The notes under the pieces are model-generated. The model searched no databases. It had not been told where the DNA came from and was given only the letters and a program-made list of their open reading frames with translations. From contig NW_008246125.1 in the NCBI RefSeq assembly GCF_000281045.1, positions 129,451 through 193,450 of the forward strand: 64,000 nucleotides of DNA. The letters run 5' to 3'. A program made the position numbers and the translations under genes. Within the stretch, counting starts at the first letter, position 1. Each line of letters starts with the position of its first letter. Source of the stretch: Saprolegnia diclina VS20. Taxonomy: Eukaryota. Below, in pieces: positions 57,927 to 64,000 of the stretch.

Positions 57927-60900
57927 TTAGCCATACCGGCTCAGGTCAAGGTTCATCGTCGTCGAAGACGCTGTCGCGACTGTTGCCGTCGACACGGGGC
58001 GCGAGAGAGCACTGCGCAAGGCGCCTTCAAGACTTGATTTGGTAGATGGCGAGAGACCGGCGACAGCCGCCTTGAACGCAACGGCGTATGTCGTCGCGTA
58101 TGTGACCAGCATGCGGTTCACCGACGCCGTCTGCGAAGCGTGCAGCGGCAGAAGCAGTGGCAAAAGCAGGCGCAAGAGCCCGTCAACCGATGCTGCCGGC
58201 ATTTTGACCATCGCGACGCCCAAGACGCCGTCGATCGCATCCACGCGTGCAGCGTCGACCTCGGGGATTGACAAAAGGGCAACAACGTGCGCCCCGAGGA
58301 CACTCAAGTACGGCGCTGGGGCGCAGTCGCTCAGCACACGCGCGGCATATAACCCGTCGTCAACGACGTCGCGGTTCGTGTCGGCAATCCGGGCCGCAAG
58401 AAGTTGGGCCATCGATGTGTGGAACGGGGCTGCGTGCTGGACAAACGTGGGCATTGCTTGGCCGTAGGTGAGCGCGGCGTGGGCAGCAGAGAGGAGCAGA
58501 CGACGCTCACCGTGTGACAACGATGCGTCATCGGTGAGTGGTGTTTGAATGGCCGCGAGAAACGTTGCAAAAGCTGATGGCAGAGTCGGGTGGAGATCAC
58601 CAGCGGCCGCGACCCGAAGCGTTGACTCAATGTACGCGACGCCAACCGTCTCGAACCATGGTTCCCGGAGGAAGCGAAGAAGCACGTCTTTAGCGACGAG
58701 CACAAACCCGGCACCAAACGTCGGAGTCGATGCCAACAGAAGAGTGCCGCCGACGGCCGTGCGTAGGGCCTCCATCACGACACTTGGAGCATACGTCGTC
58801 GCCTTGGTTGCGACTGCGTGCCGAAGGACGTACGTCGTCGCAACGCTGATCGTGTGCACGAGCGCCGAGTTGCCGACCGAGTCGCTCTCGGTACGCAGCG
58901 TCCGCTGGACAAAGGCCGCGCCGTCTTTCGTGACCAGTAGCTGGAGGCCGCGGAGTGCTTCGACCTGAACGCTTGGGATTGACGACGAGCAAAAGAGGCC
59001 AAGCGTTTGGAGCAGGTTCTCAAAGCTTTCGCGCTGCAGCGACGCCCAAAACCCGGCATTGAGGAGCGCGGGCAGTGACTGCAGCAAGGGCACGGCCGCG
59101 TCGGCGTGCTTGGACGTGTGCGAGAGATGCAGAATCGTCGCCGTGAGCACGAGCGTTCCGTGTTGGCCAGTTGCACCAACGGCCGCCAAGATCGGCGCCA
59201 CGTGCGCCAGCGCGACGCTGCGCAGCACGTCGATTGGCTGCGACGACGTAAAGTACGCGCCACCAAAGTCACTGGGTCCCGCAAGCAAGACGAGAGCACA
59301 AAAGTCTTGGATGCTGGCGACCCACGCTGCCAACATGGACGCCTCGTCAACGCCGAGCGACGCGAGCTGGGCGACACTCGAGAGCGCGGCCATCGCAAGC
59401 CTAAAGCGCACCGCGTTGCTGCAGCCGAGATGAGCAAACGTCAAGTCCGAGACGAGTCCGAGCTTGAGAAGCCGGTTGATTGCGACCTTGTCCTTGACAA
59501 TGCCGTGGCCCAAGATGTGCGACAGCATGTAGTATCCTTGGATCGATAGCGCTTCGTACGTGTGGCAAAAAGGCTTGTTGGAGCCTCCTTCCTTGGGGAA
59601 CGCGCGCCGGATCGTCGACGAGAGCTGCGCTTGGTACTGCGCGAGGACGTGTGCACCAGGCTCGTCCGGGTCGTCGCAAGTGGCGAACTTTTCGCACACG
59701 ACGTTGAGCAGTCGGAGGCCGACGCTCTGGAAATGCTGGAGCTCAAAGCCGTCCATCGACATGGCGCTAATCTGGCACCCGAGCGTGACGACCTCGTCTA
59801 TGTACAACGCAACGTAGTTGGCATCGTCTGCGCCGAGAGCTTGACGCGCTGCCGTCACGTCAAAGTGCACGGCCGCGGCCTTGGATGCACCGACGTGGTC
59901 AAGGAGTGCGAGGACGCACGTGACGGCGAACTCGCGCACACGCCGGCGCAAGCACGGCAGCGGGTTCAAGAGCGTCGAGACGCGGTAGTTGGTGCGCCGC
60001 CAGAGGTCCATCGCGGCGTTCGCGTCTTTTCCGCGCGGACTCTCGACCATGGCCGTGACGCCGCCGACAGCGACGCCGCGGCATAGAAGCAACCATTCGA
60101 CAACTTTGTTGCCATTCGTGACGCGGCCGCAGTCGGTTAGGAGCAGCGCGTTCAAACAGCCTTGGATCTCGCTCGAAGCACTCGGGGTGGACCGGCGCGC
60201 GTGGATGTAGAGACCGCGCCAGAGCGGCATCGCACTCCAATCAAGAATGCGCTCGTGGACGTCGAGGGCCTGGAAGAGCGTGACGTGGAGGCTGTGGCCG
60301 GCGATGAATCCTGGCTCGCGCTCGACGAGGATGCGCACAATGAGGAGCATGACGCTGCGGCAGGCGGCTGGCGTCGTCTTCTCGAGCAGTTGGCTTTGGA
60401 TACGCACGAGGTCCGAGACGCGAAAGTACGCGGGCGCAAAGAGCACGAGCTGCTCGACAAAGCGAAGGTACTCGAGCTCGACGCGCGGGTCCGCGCCAAG
60501 GCGCAAGAGGTCCCAGATCCCGTACAAATGGTCAATGCGGTCCGGATCCTGCAGCAGCTCGGGGCCGAGCGCCGACACGATGCTGTTGACAATCTACGAG
60601 GTTGAGAGGTAAGCGCCCAGTTGGCGACTGCAAAACGACCTGGCCAAGCGACGTGCACACGGACGACGTCATGCGCAGCACGATAGTCTTCTTGAAGGCG
60701 CAGTTGAGCGGCGTGAAGCGCGTACCGGCCACGAGGTGGCTCTCGATGAGCGCCAGCGACGGCGCAACGTACTGGTCGTCGTAGTCACCGCTCGTGTTGA
60801 CGCACTCGAGCAGGAGGTTCCACGCGTGAAGCACCCACGACCGAATCGGTTGCGCCATCGAAAAGACGTGCTCCATGTTGGTGCGGAAGAGCAAATTCAC

Positions 60901-63747
60901 GTCAATGCTACATCGCGACCCACAGCTGCGCTTGAGGTGCGCGAGGGCGAGCGCGCTCCCCGCGAGCGATAGCGACTGGTTGTCGTGCTGGTCGAGTGTG
61001 ATTTTAGTCTCGAGGTCGTGCACAAGAGCGCGAATCGCGGCTTCGCTTGCAAGCGAGCCAAGCAGCCCGAGCGCTTCGGCAGCGCTCCGACGCACACTGC
61101 CCGTCGGTGCCGAGAGCATCTCGAGCAGCATTGCCTGCATCGCGCCGAGCCACGGCGCTGATTGAAAGGACGCAGAGCTTTTTGTCGAGTCCCGCACGTG
61201 AACGTGGGCCTCGCGCACTGTTGCGAGCAAAAGGGCGCAGACGTTGGCGACGCAGTCCACGCGGTGGTCGCCAAGAACGCCGGCAAAGTGCTGGAGTACG
61301 CGCAGCTGGAGTTCGTCAGGCACGGCGAGGAAGACGCCGGGAAACACGTGGACGCAAGCGTCGACCATGCGCACGTACGTGAACGCGCTGCCAGTTTGCA
61401 GGGCGCTCGTCAGCTGCGAGAAAAAGTTGTCGACGTACGTGGTTTCCATCTCAATGTCCGAGAGCGCCGTGTCGGGGAGAAGGAGCGCGAGGATCAAATT
61501 GAGGCCGCGGGGCAGCATCGGGTCGGGCATGTCACCCGCAGCAAGGCGGGCGGGGGTGCAAATGTCGAGCACGTGGTCGTGGCTTTGGAGGTACGTCGTC
61601 GACGGAGGCACGAGCGACGCCCGCGCCAGCGACGTCAGTGGCTGCGCGGTTGTAAACTCGGCGACCAGATCCAGCAGCCGCATCCACGAGTCGGCGTAGA
61701 CGCTCGGCGGGAGGCACTGAAAGACCTTGATCGCCCAGCACACGACGCGATGCTTTGCCACCTTGGCGCGCTGCTTGGTCGGCGTCCCAAACGCAGCAGC
61801 AACCTCCAGCGTCGCGTGCAGCAGCTGCGCGCAGAGCGTGTCGAGGCCGTCCGTCGCGGGCTTGGTCGCCATAAAGCTGTAGAGCGCAATCACTGCGCCT
61901 TCCATGCGTAAGAGCTCATGCGACGGGTCCCGAGCCTGAGGCACGCTGGCTTGGAGCCAGAGGTGGCTGAGACGGCTCGTGATGCTGCGCGTGAAGGCAG
62001 CATCGAGCGCGACGAGGGCGCTGAGCACATCCCAGCCGCCGCGCGTGCAAGTGAGCCAGACCGCGTCGGCCACCTGCGGCGTAAACTGCGTCGTGAGCAT
62101 GCGCTCGGCGAGCGCCAAAAGACGGTCGTAGAGCGACCGCGAAAAGCCCACGTCTTGTAATTTGAGCGCGCGCAGCAGATGCGCCACGGCGTTCGACGTG
62201 CCGTGCAGCCGGTACAAAAGCACCGTGTCCGCACCGGCAGCCGTCGCGTCGACAGCAGCTGTGAGAGCTGCGAGAAGCGCATCGAGTAGCGCTTGGCGAC
62301 GGTATGGAACGGCGACCGCCAAGGACGCGAGGGCGACGCCGGCTTCGACGCGGACGCTGTGCTTCTCGTGCGAGAGCCAATACGCGAGCACTTGCAAAGC
62401 TTCGTCCGCAAACACGACAGCCGCTTCACCGAGGCCCATGATTGCGTGGCTCACTTCGACGAGCAGCACGAGTCGCTGGTGGTGCGTCAGCGCCGACATT
62501 TGCAGCTGCGAGAGGAGTGCGCGAAGCCAGGACGGCTGCGACCGCTCTTGTGCTGCGTGTGCGAGGCGGCGCAAGGCGTACCCGACAGCGTTGCGCGCGC
62601 GGACAAACTCGTTCGTGGACGGGAGCGGCGCGTCCAGCCAGGACAAGAGCGCGTCGAGGATCGCGCCGTAGCTCGTATCGGCGACAAAGTCGTCGGGCAA
62701 AAAGTCCGACAAGTTGGCCGCAACGATGGCCGCCGAAGCAAACGACCCGCCGATCGACGACGACGTGCTGAGCAGCAGCGTCTCCTTGATGTACTGCAGC
62801 GCGTGAGGTACGCTCGCGAGGCCGCTCGGCGTTTTGGTCTTGCGCGTCAAGACCGTCGAGAGCTTAAAGTTGAGCGACTTGAAGCGGTGCTCTGCGTCGT
62901 CTCCCTCGCCTGCCGACGGATTCGGCGTCGACGGCACCGCAGACGACCCCGTGTCCGGCACGTGGCGATCGCCACGCAGCACGTAGAGCGAGAGGAGCTT
63001 GCCAAAGTTGACTGCCATGATGCGGCGCACGTCGGGCGACGGGTCGTCCAGCGCCTTGGAGAGGACGTGGAAGAGATTGTCGAGCGCGGCGCCGGACGGT
63101 TCGTTCATGTCGGTCGCGTCAATGAGCACAAAGAGCATCTCGCCAGACAGGTGGCGCACTTCCGGGCACTTGTCCGTCGTTGCCTTGGCGAGGAGCTTCG
63201 TGACTTCAGCGTGGTACGGGACGGCGTGGAAGCCAAACTGCCGAAGCATGGACGCCAGCGCTGCGAGGAGCGTGTGCCGGACGTAGAGGTCGGCATGGCG
63301 AATGTGCTTGGTCGTGAGCGAGAGGAGCTCGGGAAGGAGCGCGCCGGCAGCTGCGAGTTGCATATACTCGAGCTGCGCCATCGCCCGCAGGATCGTGAGC
63401 TTGGCGTACAGCGGCGCTGTCTTGCTGAGCACTACGTCCATGCAGTCGTTGGTCGCGCTCACATCGTAGGCAAGCACGAGAATATCGCAGATGACTTGGA
63501 CGATGCCATCAGCTCCTATCGCCTTGGAGTGGTAAGCTTGTACGCTCATGAGGAGGCAGCGGAGCAGGTTCGTGGCGGCCACCTCCTTCTTGGAGCCTGG
63601 CTCGGCGAGGATCTTGGTTACGGCCGTCTTGAGCGCACAGAGCGCCCGCAGGAGGTTGCGCTGGCTCTCGCTTTCCACGCTGATCTGCTCGGCCGCGTCG
63701 AGCACGAGAGCCCCAAGCTGGTCCAGCTGCTCCTTCACGCGGCTCAT
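57927..63747 (-). CDS. HEATR5: HEATR5/Laa1/SWEETIE-like HEAT-repeat AP-1 accessory protein, 2 exons
   Basis: About 1900 aa, all-helical. VRRSAAEALGLL, ALALAHLKRSCGS, IRSWVLHAWNLL, IVSALGPEL, EQLVLFAP and LAQYQAQLSSTIR.AF. One intron at ~60593-60639. Confidence 0.8.
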
Positions 63748-63893
63748 GACGGATGATGTTGGCAAGTGACGTGGAACCCGCCCGTTGGTCCAATCGGCAT
63801 TCTATTACTGATCTTGCTATAGAAACATCAAGCTATTTAAATCCCAACGTCGAAACACATCACGGGCGGGTTTATTCCTCATCTTGACGCAGC

Positions 63894-64000
63894 ATGAGTC
63901 GGTGGGACGACCTCAAGCGCGAGGCCCGCGTCGTCGAGCGCGCCCTCGACGAGAAAGTCAACGCCTACGCATCCACCGCCCGCTCCATGAGCCGCTCGAG
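63894..64000 (+). CDS. GOS1: Golgi SNARE GOS1/GS28 N-terminus (partial, runs off the window)
   Basis: MSRWDDLKREARVVERALDEKVNAYAS resembles GOSR1 WEDLRKQARQLENELDLKLVSFS. Confidence 0.7.
   Translation, partial: MSRWDDLKREARVVERALDEKVNAYASTARSMSRS

Overview
Gene-dense, GC-rich eukaryotic DNA with short (~45-60 nt) GT-AG introns and very short intergenic spacers. Gene content (flagellar DRC2, a bZIP-like/START-like family gene, a degenerate LRR gene) and codon style suggest an oomycete, most likely Saprolegniales (inference). I can support about 27 intact or partial protein-coding genes. These are an MFS transporter, a VPS9 GEF, a RanBP2-ZnF/tRNA-binding OB protein, a NEPRO/Rmp1-like protein, a bZIP-like protein, a DUF1475-like membrane protein, a giant ankyrin-WGR-PARP, PP4R4, a mucin-like surface protein, a HAUS2-like protein, a type II membrane protein split by an 815-N gap, DRC2, a PTC7-like PP2C, a GT90 glycosyltransferase, a TM9SF protein, TatD, a TAF1C-like protein, DNAJC21, a coiled-coil protein, an SR protein, a DAGL-like lipase, ADCK2, a PLP fold-II enzyme, an ApgM-type phosphoglycerate mutase, CENP-L, HEATR5 and the start of GOS1. 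There are also three probable pseudogenes (one LRR, two tandem ubiquitin-RING copies). I found no rRNA, credible tRNA, CRISPR array or intact mobile element. The most interesting signals are: (1) a CGGATA/TATCCG motif, often as an inverted pair, ~15-65 nt upstream of at least 10 start codons; (2) a membrane protein whose ends resemble phage virion fibre/decoration proteins; (3) a GT90 resembling the iridovirus/NCLDV type, with introns, no signal peptide and an RG/Cys tail; (4) a PARP with a ~130-aa insertion next to its catalytic Glu; (5) a membrane-anchored ACC-deaminase-family enzyme with a rewritten active-site motif. All family calls come from motif recognition by eye, not database searches, and exon boundaries are inferred.
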